Shown one piece after another: positions 9,064 to 18,283 of a DNA stretch of 64,000 nt. A program made the position numbers and the translations under genes. The DNA is from Minisyncoccota bacterium (lineage in GTDB: Bacteria > Patescibacteriota > Minisyncoccia > Phycocordibacterales > UBA9973). The stretch is taken from contig CALNZI010000007.1 of NCBI GenBank assembly GCA_942491275.1, forward strand, positions 63,353-127,352, in the 5' to 3' direction. The stretch's first letter is position 1, and each line of letters begins with the position of its first letter. The notes beneath the pieces were generated by a model. The model had not been told where the DNA came from and ran no database searches. It saw only the letters and a program-made list of their open reading frames with translations.

Positions 9064-9092
9064 TTGACAAATTAATAAAATAGTACTATACT
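9064..9092 (+). promoter_or_regulatory. Sigma70-type promoter upstream of the DEAD-box helicase gene
   Basis: TTGACA, a 17-bp spacer, then TATACT; this leaves a roughly 140-nt 5' UTR. Confidence 0.5.
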
Positions 9093-9234
9093 CTTTCGGT
9101 AAGTTATATTCTCATTGGTTTTCTCGCGCTTTAAGCGCCAGCATATAAATGTTTGATCTCGTCAGAGATTCTTTATAAAACTAAGGAGAACTTCCAGTTC
9201 ATCTTACTTTTATTATATTTCTGGAAAAACATTT

Positions 9235-10449
9235 ATGTATAAAAAAAATAGTAACCGAAGTTCAAACTTCGGTAAATCTTCTTTTGTCGGTAGAAAGAAT
9301 AATAATCGCAAACCACAGAGAAATTCTCGAAAGCGTTTTGGTGGGGATGCAATTCCTCATTCTCGTTTTGTTTGCAAGGCTGATCCAATTGTGGAGTCCG
9401 CTCCCTATGTTCCTGTACACAAATTTGAAGATTTTAAAATTAGTTCTGTGCTTAAATCAAACATCTCTAAAAAAGGATATCTAACCCCAACTCCTATTCA
9501 GGACAAGGCTATTCCTTTTGTTTTAGGAGGTCGCGATGTGGTGGGAATTGCTAACACCGGTACAGGAAAAACGGCAGCCTTTTTGATTCCTCTTTTAGAT
9601 AGAATAATCAATAATCCACGAGAGAAAGTTTTGGTGATTGTTCCAACCAGAGAGTTGGCCATTCAAATTAACAAAGAATTTCAAGACTTCAGGGCAGCCA
9701 TGAGAATCTTCTCTGTCTGTTGCGTTGGTGGAGTTGGAATATATTCACAGATTTCTGGACTGCGCCGCTCCCACAATGTGGTAATTGGTACACCGGGAAG
9801 GTTGAAAGATTTAGTTGATCGAAAAGTTATTCGTTTGGGAGAATTTAAAACCATAGTTCTTGATGAAGCAGATCGAATGCTAGATATGGGTTTTGTTAAT
9901 GACATGCGTTTCCTTATGGCAAATATGGCTCCACAGCGTCAAACTCTATTCTTCTCAGCCACTATTACAAAAGAAATTGATAAATTAATTAAAGAATTTT
10001 TAACTAACCCTGAAACCATTTCTGTTAAGACAGGGGAGACTGCTCGTAATGTTGATCAGAACATTATTAGAGTTAAGGGGATTCAAGAGAAATTTAATCA
10101 TTTGGAAGATCTTCTTTATAAAAAAGAATTTTCAAAGGTTCTTGTTTTTGGACGAACTAAGCATGGTGTTGAAAAATTATGTAAGACATTAATTCAAAGT
10201 GGATTTAAAGCAGAATCAATTCATGGAGACAAGAATCAATCAAGAAGGCAAAAAGCTTTAATTTCATTTAGAGAGAATCAAAGTCAAATCCTTGTGGCCA
10301 CAGATGTGGCAGCTAGGGGACTAGATATACCTAATGTGACCCATGTCATCAATTATGACGTTCCTGCCACCTATGAGGACTACGTACATCGTATTGGCCG
10401 AACAGGCCGTGGAGATCAAATTGGTACAGCTTTGACTTTCGTTGGTTAA
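9235..10449 (+). CDS. DEAD-box ATP-dependent RNA helicase
   Basis: Q-motif TPIQ, Walker A ANTGTGKT, VLDEADRMLDMGF (DEAD), SAT, HRIGRTGRG; Arg-rich N-terminal tail. Confidence 0.9.
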   Translation: MYKKNSNRSSNFGKSSFVGRKNNNRKPQRNSRKRFGGDAIPHSRFVCKADPIVESAPYVPVHKFEDFKISSVLKSNISKKGYLTPTPIQDKAIPFVLGGRDVVGIANTGTGKTAAFLIPLLDRIINNPREKVLVIVPTRELAIQINKEFQDFRAAMRIFSVCCVGGVGIYSQISGLRRSHNVVIGTPGRLKDLVDRKVIRLGEFKTIVLDEADRMLDMGFVNDMRFLMANMAPQRQTLFFSATITKEIDKLIKEFLTNPETISVKTGETARNVDQNIIRVKGIQEKFNHLEDLLYKKEFSKVLVFGRTKHGVEKLCKTLIQSGFKAESIHGDKNQSRRQKALISFRENQSQILVATDVAARGLDIPNVTHVINYDVPATYEDYVHRIGRTGRGDQIGTALTFVG

Positions 10450-10632
10450 GATGTGAGTAGTCATAGCCATAGGCCTTACCTGTGGCTATTTGACAAAGTG
10501 ACATAAATATGCTATTTTATAAAGAATAGTAGCTCTTTGACATTTTGATTTTAGATTAAATTAGATTATTTATTTCTGCTTCTTTAAGGAGGTGGGAATA
10601 AATAATCTAATTTATTAACTAAATATTTTATC

Positions 10633-11127
10633 ATGAGAAAGAAAGTTTCATATAATAAAAATCACCCTGAAAGACGTTGGGGAGAAGTTTTTCTCTATAA
10701 TTCCTTTGTAGAGGATTTTAAAAAAATAAATTATACTACTAAAAGGATGGGCCGCAAAGCCTATAAAAGTTCTGGAGAAGAACTTTCGGAATACCCGGAT
10801 TGTTTCCCTGTGTTTATTAAGAAGTGGGAATATGAAAAGGGTTCTTTTAAAAGGGCCCAAAATCTTTTACTTGTTATTGCTTGGGTAAGATTTATTGGGG
10901 TATTAGGATTATTGTTTCTCATTTGGTTGACGGTGTCCACGTTGTTTAATGTCTCTTCTTTCCTATTGGTTGGAGTTTTATTTGGAATTGAAGTTTTTAT
11001 ATATTTTCTTTTAATGTGTTTAAAAAGAAGATATAAAAAGCACCCAGGAAGAATTTCTTCAAAATTAGAAAGGAGAGAAATCAGAGAATTTGATAAACAA
11101 ATGATGAAGTCTGTTGCAAATGAATGA
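10633..11127 (+). CDS. Hypothetical membrane protein
   Basis: 164 aa with two predicted TM helices in the C-terminal half. Confidence 0.4.
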   Translation: MRKKVSYNKNHPERRWGEVFLYNSFVEDFKKINYTTKRMGRKAYKSSGEELSEYPDCFPVFIKKWEYEKGSFKRAQNLLLVIAWVRFIGVLGLLFLIWLTVSTLFNVSSFLLVGVLFGIEVFIYFLLMCLKRRYKKHPGRISSKLERREIREFDKQMMKSVANE

Positions 11128-11373
11128 TGGTTAAAAAATCAAAAAATCAAAAAATCAAAAAATGAAAAAATGAAAAAGCTAAGAAAATATTTAATTAAGC
11201 TCGAGAAAGAGCTTGATCAAATATTAGAACAAGCAGTTACGATATGCTTAATTCCAAGTATATTTATACTCACGCCAGTTTTCATCTGGCTTGTTTTAAA
11301 GAAATTATTTTATAAAACCTTATCGCTTATATGATAGGGTTTTTTATTTTTATATTTTTGCTATAATAGAACC

Positions 11374-11904
11374 ATGGAAAATTTTAAATACGCATTATTT
11401 TCAATTGTAGTTTTGGCTTTATTAACCTTTATTGGGTATTGGGCTTTTTCAAGTATCGAATCTGGCAGTTCGCATTTAAATAATCAAGAAATAAAAGATT
11501 TATCACAAGAAAATAAAGATTTGAAAGATGAAGTTTTAAGTTTAAAAAATGAGATAACAATATTAGAATCTCAAATAAAAGAGCAGATTTATGAAGTTGT
11601 GAAGGAAGATGTTGTGGAAAAGACAGAGCCAACTATTTTAAAATATCAAAGTAATATAGATGCATTACAGAAATTGATTAATGATAAAATCTATATGAAA
11701 AAAGGCTCTAAGGGGTCACGAGTTGGAACGGTTCAAACTTTTTTGAATATTTATAATAAGACTTCAACTAAAATTGATAATGACTATGGGCCAGGAATGG
11801 AGACTTTGATAAAGAAATTCCAGGCAGATCAAAAGATAACTGTTGATGGAGAGGCGGGGCCAGGGACTTTTAAGAAAATGATTGAATGGTTAAAGAAACA
11901 ATAG
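11374..11904 (+). CDS. Membrane-anchored coiled-coil protein with C-terminal peptidoglycan-binding (PG_binding_1) domain
   Basis: N-terminal TM, coiled coil, C-terminal GSRGSRVGTVQTFLN...DNDYGPGMETLIKKFQADQKITVDGEAGPGT. Confidence 0.6.
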   Translation: MENFKYALFSIVVLALLTFIGYWAFSSIESGSSHLNNQEIKDLSQENKDLKDEVLSLKNEITILESQIKEQIYEVVKEDVVEKTEPTILKYQSNIDALQKLINDKIYMKKGSKGSRVGTVQTFLNIYNKTSTKIDNDYGPGMETLIKKFQADQKITVDGEAGPGTFKKMIEWLKKQ

Positions 11905-11914
11905 CTTCAATAAT

Positions 11915-12772
11915 ATGGAAATAATAAATAAAATTTTGTCAGCGGAAGTTCTACACTGGCTATCTACCACTGGGTTAAAAATATTTGGAATAATAGTTGG
12001 AGTTTTTATTGTGAATAAAATACTTCAAGCTTTTTTAGAAAAATTAATTAGAAAAATGATTGTTTCTGATAGATACTCTTCTAAAGAAGCTGAGATAAAG
12101 AGGGAAGACACTCTTATTAAAATAGTAAAGAGCACCCTTAGTGTTATCATTATTTTAATAACTGGATTAATGATTTTGCAAAGCTTGGGTATTCCCACTG
12201 CTCCTATTTTAGCAGCTGCTGGAATAGTGGGAGTTGCTGTTGGTTTTGGAGGTCAGTATTTAATAGCAGATGTTATTTCTGGGCTTTTCATAATTTTAGA
12301 AAATCAGTACAGGGTTGGGGATGTCGTTTCCATCGGAACTGTTTCTGGCACAGTTGAAGATATAAGTTTAAGAATGACGACTCTTCGAGACCTGGACGGA
12401 ACCGTTCATCATATTTCTCATAATGAAGTAAAATCAGTTTCTAATCTATCTAAGACATATTCAAGAATTAATTTAGATATTGGAGTAGCCTATAATTCAA
12501 ATTTAGAGAAAGTTATTGATGTTATAAATAAAGTAGGGACAGAGCTTGCTGACCATCCTATTTGGAAGGACTCTATTATTAAAACACCTCAATTTTTAAG
12601 AGTTAATAATTTTGGAGATTCGGCTATTGATATGAAGATTCTTGGAGAAACGAAACCCGGGAAGCAATGGGAAGTTACAGGAGAGCTTCGCTTGAGAATA
12701 AAAATAGCTTTTGATAAAGAGGGAATTGAAATTCCATTCCCCCAAAGAGTTATTCACCAAGCAAAAAATTAA
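11915..12772 (+). CDS. mscS: Small-conductance mechanosensitive channel (MscS family)
   Basis: TM helices followed by the conserved MscS beta-domain (RVGDVVSIGTVSGTVEDISLRMTTLRDLDGTVHHISHNEV). Confidence 0.8.
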   Translation: MEIINKILSAEVLHWLSTTGLKIFGIIVGVFIVNKILQAFLEKLIRKMIVSDRYSSKEAEIKREDTLIKIVKSTLSVIIILITGLMILQSLGIPTAPILAAAGIVGVAVGFGGQYLIADVISGLFIILENQYRVGDVVSIGTVSGTVEDISLRMTTLRDLDGTVHHISHNEVKSVSNLSKTYSRINLDIGVAYNSNLEKVIDVINKVGTELADHPIWKDSIIKTPQFLRVNNFGDSAIDMKILGETKPGKQWEVTGELRLRIKIAFDKEGIEIPFPQRVIHQAKN

Positions 12773-12793
12773 CCACAGTTTACTTACAAAATA

Positions 12794-14299
12794 ATGATTA
12801 ATCATTTACCGACAATTTTAGCCCTCTTTCCATTTTTAGTTTTTCTTATTCTTTTATTGGTCAAGAAAACTCCTCTACTTAAAACTTCCGTTGTTACTCT
12901 TGTCATATATACAGTATTGGCAATTTTCTATTGGAAAATATTGCCAAACTTTTTATATATTTCCTATGGGAAGGGAATTTTTATTGCTTTTGATATTTTT
13001 ATAATTATTTTTGGAGCGATCTTCTTCCTTGAAATTCTTAAGGACTTGAAAATAATAAAAAATATTTCTTATTATCTTTCTAAAATTTCAAAAGATTATA
13101 GAATTCAAATAATAATTATTGCTTGGTTTTTCTCGGCCTTTCTTGAGGGGACAGCGGGATTTGGAGTTCCCGCAGCCATTGCTGTGCCTCTTCTAATTGG
13201 AGTTGGCTTACCTCCAATTAGAGCATTGATTGTTGGTCTTTTAGGGAATAGTACTCCAGGGGTTTTTGGAGCCGCAGGAACTCCAATAAAAGTTGGAATG
13301 GCTGGACTGAATACTGCAGGAGTCCCTTATTTAGCCGCTCTCTTAAATTCTGTTGGAATTATCATTCCTGTATTTATGCTTTGGGTAATTACTAAAGGAA
13401 GAGAAAATAGGAAGAAAGAATTTTTTGATGCTTTACCCTTTGCCCTTTGGTCAGGAATTGTTTTTGTGGTGCCTTCAATTTTAGCCGTTTCTCTGGGACA
13501 AGAATTTCCATCAATTATGGGATCCATCATTGGTTTAATTCTAATAATAATTTCAATCAAATTAAAAATATTTGTTCCCAAAACAAACTTAACTTTGATT
13601 GAAGAAAAAGAAAATCCTCAAACAATGTCTGCTTTTAAATCTTTCTTGCCTTATGGGATATTGGTGGCTTTGTTAATTTTAGGAAAAATAATTTTAGGAA
13701 AAGTTGGAATACCTATTTTTCTCGGCTTTAAACATACCTTCAATTTGTTTAATCCTGGTTTTGCTTTTATTATTGCAGGGGCCGCTGTGGCTCTTTTGTG
13801 GAAAAGTTGGAAAAAAATATTTACTCATTCTATTAAGATTTCTTTTAAAGGAACAATTGGCCCATTTTTAGTTATTGCTTCTATGTTGGCTATGGTTCAG
13901 GTTATGATTAATTCTGGGAACAATTTATCTTCAATTCCATCAGCAATTAATCTTATTGCCAGAGGTTTTGAAACAAGCCTCCTTCCTTTTATAACTCCAT
14001 TTGCTGGAGCCTTTGGGGGATTCATGACAGGAAGTGTCACTGTTTCTAATATTATGTTTGGAGCACTGTTTAGCACTGCGGCAACCAACTTGGGCATGAG
14101 TGTGGCCGTAATTCTTTCTCTGGCTGTGGTGGGGGCCGCTGCTGGAAATATGATTGCTTTAGCTGACATTCTAACAGCAGAAGCTGTCGTAGGGGCAGAA
14201 AATTCAGAAAGACAGATACTGAAAGGGGTCTTTATCCCTTGTTTTACTTATTTACTCATTCTAGGAGTTATTGGATTAATTGTGTTTAATATTTTATAA
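12794..14299 (+). CDS. L-lactate permease (LctP) family transporter
   Basis: 501-aa polytopic membrane protein with EGTAGFGVPAAIAVPLLIGVGLPP and GNSTPGVFGAAGTPIKVG motifs typical of LctP. Confidence 0.6.
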   Translation: MINHLPTILALFPFLVFLILLLVKKTPLLKTSVVTLVIYTVLAIFYWKILPNFLYISYGKGIFIAFDIFIIIFGAIFFLEILKDLKIIKNISYYLSKISKDYRIQIIIIAWFFSAFLEGTAGFGVPAAIAVPLLIGVGLPPIRALIVGLLGNSTPGVFGAAGTPIKVGMAGLNTAGVPYLAALLNSVGIIIPVFMLWVITKGRENRKKEFFDALPFALWSGIVFVVPSILAVSLGQEFPSIMGSIIGLILIIISIKLKIFVPKTNLTLIEEKENPQTMSAFKSFLPYGILVALLILGKIILGKVGIPIFLGFKHTFNLFNPGFAFIIAGAAVALLWKSWKKIFTHSIKISFKGTIGPFLVIASMLAMVQVMINSGNNLSSIPSAINLIARGFETSLLPFITPFAGAFGGFMTGSVTVSNIMFGALFSTAATNLGMSVAVILSLAVVGAAAGNMIALADILTAEAVVGAENSERQILKGVFIPCFTYLLILGVIGLIVFNIL

Positions 14300-14305
14300 A
14301 TTTTT

Positions 14306-14875
14306 ATGGCTATAATTTTTAATGTAATAGCATTACTACTTTCTTTCTATGTTCTGGCTGTTGTCTGTGAACGTTATTTTGTGGATTCATTGGATACTAT
14401 TGCTCAAAAATGGAAGATGAATTCTGATATGGCTGGGGCAACATTAATGGCTATTGGTTCAAGTGCTCCTGAACTATTCGTTTCTCTTTTTGCTCTCTTT
14501 AAGCCTGGTAATGAATCATTGGGAGCTGGGACAATTGTGGGTTCTGCCTTATTTAATATTTTAGTCATCATCGGAGCTTCAGCTATGATAAAAAAAGCGG
14601 TGATTGCTTGGCAGCCGGTGGTGAGAGACCTTATTTTTTATGCCATGAGTATTTTACTTCTTATTTTCTCGTTTAGAGACGGAATTATTAGCATGAATGA
14701 AATAATAATATTTTTGGTGATGTATGTGATTTATATTTTTGCTGTTGTTAGTTGGAGAAAAATTTTACCCTATAAAGAAGAATCGAAAGAAGTTATTGAC
14801 GAGTTAGAAAAAGAATTAAAAAAGGAAGAAAAGAAAAAAGAATCTTTGGGCCCGTCTTTTGTTGTACATAGATGA
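14306..14875 (+). CDS. Na+/Ca2+ exchanger (CaCA) family, N-terminal half (alpha-1 repeat)
   Basis: GATLMAIGSSAPELFVSL alpha-1 repeat. Ends in the hydrophilic central loop (EELEKELKKEEKKKE) and overlaps the next ORF by 17 nt in another frame. Confidence 0.65.
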   Translation: MAIIFNVIALLLSFYVLAVVCERYFVDSLDTIAQKWKMNSDMAGATLMAIGSSAPELFVSLFALFKPGNESLGAGTIVGSALFNILVIIGASAMIKKAVIAWQPVVRDLIFYAMSILLLIFSFRDGIISMNEIIIFLVMYVIYIFAVVSWRKILPYKEESKEVIDELEKELKKEEKKKESLGPSFVVHR

Positions 14876-15371
14876 GATTTTGGATAAAGTTTTCCCTAGT
14901 AAAAAACATTATTGGTGGGTTTTTCTTATCTCTATTTTTATGATAATGGGTCTTAGCTGGGTTTTAGTTGAAAACGCTATTGCGATTTCTGTGGCCCTCC
15001 ATGTTCCTGCTGTAATTATAGGATTAACCGTTTTGGCTATTGGGACAAGTGTGCCAGATTTTGTTTCTTCTATTATTGTGGCTAAACAAGGGCGAGGAGG
15101 TATGGCTATCTCAAATGCCATTGGGTCTAATATTTTTAATATCTTATTGGGGCTTGGATTACCTTGGTTTGTTATAGCCCTTTTTTCAAAAAACACAATT
15201 ACAGTAGCAACTGAAAACTTAAATAGTTCTATTTTTCTTTTATTCGCGACTATTATTGCGACACTCTTTCTTCTTATTGTTAGAAAATGGAAGATGGGCA
15301 GGGTTTCAGGATTGTTCTTAGTTGGAACATATGCAATCTATTTAATCTGGGCTATTTTGCAAGCTTTATAA
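14859..15371 (+). CDS. Na+/Ca2+ exchanger (CaCA) family, C-terminal half (alpha-2 repeat)
   Basis: LAIGTSVPDFVSSIIVAKQGRGGMAISNAIGSNIFNILLGLGLPW alpha-2 repeat. Confidence 0.65.
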   Translation: MLYIDEILDKVFPSKKHYWWVFLISIFMIMGLSWVLVENAIAISVALHVPAVIIGLTVLAIGTSVPDFVSSIIVAKQGRGGMAISNAIGSNIFNILLGLGLPWFVIALFSKNTITVATENLNSSIFLLFATIIATLFLLIVRKWKMGRVSGLFLVGTYAIYLIWAILQAL

Positions 15372-15379
15372 AAAATATT

Positions 15380-16153
15380 TTATTTTTTGAATGGAAGTTT
15401 AACAAAAAAAGTTGAACCCTTATTTAATCCTTTTGATTTAGCATAAATTTTTCCATGGTGTCTTTTTATAATTTTTTTAGCTAAATAAAGACATAGACCC
15501 ATACCATCAGTATTCATCAAAACTGCTTTTTTATTTCGATAAAATCTTGAAAATATTCTTAACTTATCTATTGTGTTTAGCCCAAAACCCGTATCACTAA
15601 TAAAGAAAACTAAGTGATTATTGTCAGCAATACAATCAATTAAAATTTTTCCTTTATTTGGTGTATAAAAAATAGCGTTTTCCATTAAAGCATCCACAAC
15701 AAAAGATATTTTTTTAAGGTCTATTGAGAGTAAAGGTATTTGGTTAAAAGAAGAAACATTAAAGACTAAATTTTTTTCATTTATTTTATCTCGGTATTTT
15801 TTAATGGATGATTCCACAATTTCTCTAATGGAGATTGCTTCAAAGTTATATCCAGAAATATCATTAATATTTTTGATACCAGCTACAATATCAACTATTC
15901 CTAACACTCTTTCAGTTGCATTATTGATATTTTGAACATGAGATATTCTTTCTTCAAAGGGTAAGTCTTCTTCTAATTCTTTAGATAGCCAGAGAATTCT
16001 TGTTAAGGGCGTTCTGAATGTGTGATTAACTATGGAGGAAAATTCGCTTTCTAATTTATTGATTTTGATAAATAAATTAATATATCTGAAAAATAAATAA
16101 ATTAATCCAATCAAAGCGATTATTGGAATAATGTAAGGTAGTGAATTTGTCAT
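15380..16153 (-). CDS. Sensor histidine kinase (single TM, HisKA plus HATPase_c), orphan
   Basis: H-box SIVNHTFRTPLTRI and a G1/G2 ATPase region FISDTGFGLN...DGMGLCLYLAKKII. No adjacent response regulator. Confidence 0.7.
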   Translation of the reverse strand: MTNSLPYIIPIIALIGLIYLFFRYINLFIKINKLESEFSSIVNHTFRTPLTRILWLSKELEEDLPFEERISHVQNINNATERVLGIVDIVAGIKNINDISGYNFEAISIREIVESSIKKYRDKINEKNLVFNVSSFNQIPLLSIDLKKISFVVDALMENAIFYTPNKGKILIDCIADNNHLVFFISDTGFGLNTIDKLRIFSRFYRNKKAVLMNTDGMGLCLYLAKKIIKRHHGKIYAKSKGLNKGSTFFVKLPFKK

Positions 16154-16219
16154 ATGTGGTTTATTGTATCTTTTTTTATTAAAAATGACAATAAATGGTT
16201 TTAATACTATAATGAAATT

Positions 16220-16444
16220 ATGTATATAAAAGTTAAAGCTATCGCTGGAGCGAAGAAAGAAAAAATAGAGAAAAAATCAGAAGACTCTTATGTTATTTGG
16301 GTGAAAGAAAAAGCTGAACGGAATATGGCTAATAAGAGAATATGTGAGATTATGGCTACCTTATTAGATGTCTCTTTGGACCAGATAAGAATAATTAATG
16401 GACACCAAAGTCCAAGTAAGATTTTGTCAATAAGAGATTTGTAG
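16220..16444 (+). CDS. DUF167/YggU (UPF0235) family protein
   Basis: IKVKAIAGAKKEKIEK...VKEKAERNMANKRICEIMATLLDVSLDQIRIINGHQSPSK matches the YggU-like pattern. Confidence 0.45.
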   Translation: MYIKVKAIAGAKKEKIEKKSEDSYVIWVKEKAERNMANKRICEIMATLLDVSLDQIRIINGHQSPSKILSIRDL

Positions 16445-16493
16445 AACTTTTGATACAATGTAATTATTAGTAATTTTAATTTTTTAAATAAAT

Positions 16494-16874
16494 ATGATAA
16501 ATATTAAAGCAACAAATATTGAATTAACTAATGGAATAAATAAATACATTGCAAAAAGATTAGCTTCCATAAAAAAGTTTTCTAAGGGAAAGCAAATTTC
16601 TGGTTATATAGAGGTGGGTAGAACTACTAATCATCACAATAAGGGAGATGTATTTATGGCAGAGTTCAATATAACCCTAAATGGGGAAAATTACTTTACT
16701 ACTTCAAAGAAAGAAGATTTATATTCAGCCATTGATGAAGCAAAAGAAGAAATAATTCGACAAGTTACTCAGAATAAAGATAAAAAAAGAACTCTCTTTA
16801 AGAGAGGGGCGGCTAGTGTTAAAAAAATGGTAAAAGGAATTTCTGATAGGAATCCTTTTACTTCTAAATATTAA
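16494..16874 (+). CDS. hpf: Ribosome hibernation promoting factor / RaiA (sigma54-modulation protein family)
   Basis: MINIKATNIELTNGINKYIAKRL...HHNKGDVFMAEFNITLNG...DLYSAIDEAKEEIIRQV follows the HPF pattern. Confidence 0.7.
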   Translation: MINIKATNIELTNGINKYIAKRLASIKKFSKGKQISGYIEVGRTTNHHNKGDVFMAEFNITLNGENYFTTSKKEDLYSAIDEAKEEIIRQVTQNKDKKRTLFKRGAASVKKMVKGISDRNPFTSKY

Positions 16875-17728
16875 TTATTCCGAATGAAATCTGTATAATT
16901 AATTTCTTTTTTACCCTGTGGGATGACTTTTTCTATAATGAAAGAGTCATTTTCATATCTAGCTTTAGTGATTTTAATTCTTTTTTCATTAACAAAAAAA
17001 TAAGTTCCTGGCCAACCATAAAAAGCTCTATATTTATTATAATTTTTTTGGGCATCTGCATCCAGATTTAACAATCCATCTTCTTTTTTAATTTTACCGC
17101 AGCGGGTAGCTTTTTCTTCATTCTGAAGAATGGGATGTAATTCTTCGTTGAAAATTTTAGGAAAAATCTCAGAGAGAGTCTGACCTCCAATTTTTATCAA
17201 TTTATCTTTTAGAATATCCTTAGTGTCATTCATTTCAATGGGAACTTCTTTTTTAAATAAAATAGGACCGCTATCCAGTTTAAATATCATTTGCTGAATA
17301 CTAATTCCAGTTTCCTTATCTCCATTAAGTAAGCAAGATTCCAGAGGAGAAGCTCCTCGATATTTAGGCAGTAGGGAGTAATGGATGTTTATGGTCCCTA
17401 ATTTTGGTAAATTTATTATTTTTTCTGGCAAAATTTTTCCATAGGCCACTACAACTGAAAGCTGAGAGTCAAAGGTTGAAAGTTTTGAAATAAATTCATC
17501 ATCGATTTTTTCTGGCTTTAGACAGGGGATTTCATTTTCATCAGCCCAAAGAGAAGTAGGACTGGGAGTTAAATGTAACCCCCGGCCGGCTGGTTTATCT
17601 GGGGAAGTAATAATAAGAGTTGGTAAAAACCCATTATTTTTTAATATTTCTAATGTGTCAGAGGCCACATGAGGTGTTCCCCAAAATATAAAATTGTAAT
17701 TATCTTTATTCATTTTCAAGAGTTTCAT
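16871..17728 (-). CDS. fmt: Methionyl-tRNA formyltransferase
   Basis: IFWGTP...PDKPAGRG...INIHYSLLPKYRGASPLE motifs. Confidence 0.9.
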   Translation of the reverse strand: MKLLKMNKDNYNFIFWGTPHVASDTLEILKNNGFLPTLIITSPDKPAGRGLHLTPSPTSLWADENEIPCLKPEKIDDEFISKLSTFDSQLSVVVAYGKILPEKIINLPKLGTINIHYSLLPKYRGASPLESCLLNGDKETGISIQQMIFKLDSGPILFKKEVPIEMNDTKDILKDKLIKIGGQTLSEIFPKIFNEELHPILQNEEKATRCGKIKKEDGLLNLDADAQKNYNKYRAFYGWPGTYFFVNEKRIKITKARYENDSFIIEKVIPQGKKEINYTDFIRNN

Positions 17729-18269
17729 TCTCCAGCAGAGATTCTTCTCTCATATTTTTTGCTTTATCAATAAATAAAATTCCATCCAGATGATCAATTT
17801 CATGCTGGAATATATGTGCGATTAAACCTGACCCATCTTTGGTGAATTTTTCACCTTTTTCATTATAGGCTTCGACGGTTGCTCGAGTTGCTCGACGGAC
17901 TCGTCCATAAATAGGCCTAACAGATAAACATCCTTCGTCCATTAATTTTTTATCTTTAGATATTTTTTTAATTACTGGATTAATAAAAATTAGGTTAGGA
18001 GGGTATTTCTTAGTTGGATTTATAGTGGAGGGAGAGCTTCCACCATAAAGAAATTCTTCATCAAAAACCTTACTGGATATTATAAAAATTCTTAATGAAA
18101 CACCAATCTGTGGAGCAGCTATGGCTACACCATCGTATTGAGAATTTAGAGCCCAGTTCATATCAGCTAAAATTTTTTGAATTTTAGGTTTAGTTATGTT
18201 GCCCACAGGAACTTCTTTTGAAATTTCCCGTAAAACATTATTTCCATTTTGGATAATTTCAACAACCAT
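17706..18269 (-). CDS. def: Peptide deformylase
   Basis: GVAIAAPQIG, EGCLSV, HEIDHLDG motifs. The gene overlaps fmt, matching the usual def-fmt operon. Confidence 0.9.
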   Translation of the reverse strand: MVVEIIQNGNNVLREISKEVPVGNITKPKIQKILADMNWALNSQYDGVAIAAPQIGVSLRIFIISSKVFDEEFLYGGSSPSTINPTKKYPPNLIFINPVIKKISKDKKLMDEGCLSVRPIYGRVRRATRATVEAYNEKGEKFTKDGSGLIAHIFQHEIDHLDGILFIDKAKNMREESLLENETLENE

Positions 18270-18283
18270 AATATTTTTTAAAA

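Noticed and set aside
11130-11175. Microsatellite (aaaaatc)x4 (aaaaatg)x2.
   Set aside because: A short AT-rich heptamer run in an AT-rich genome. It overlaps the start of a 53-aa ORF but shows no further structure, and is noted only as a possible slippage site.
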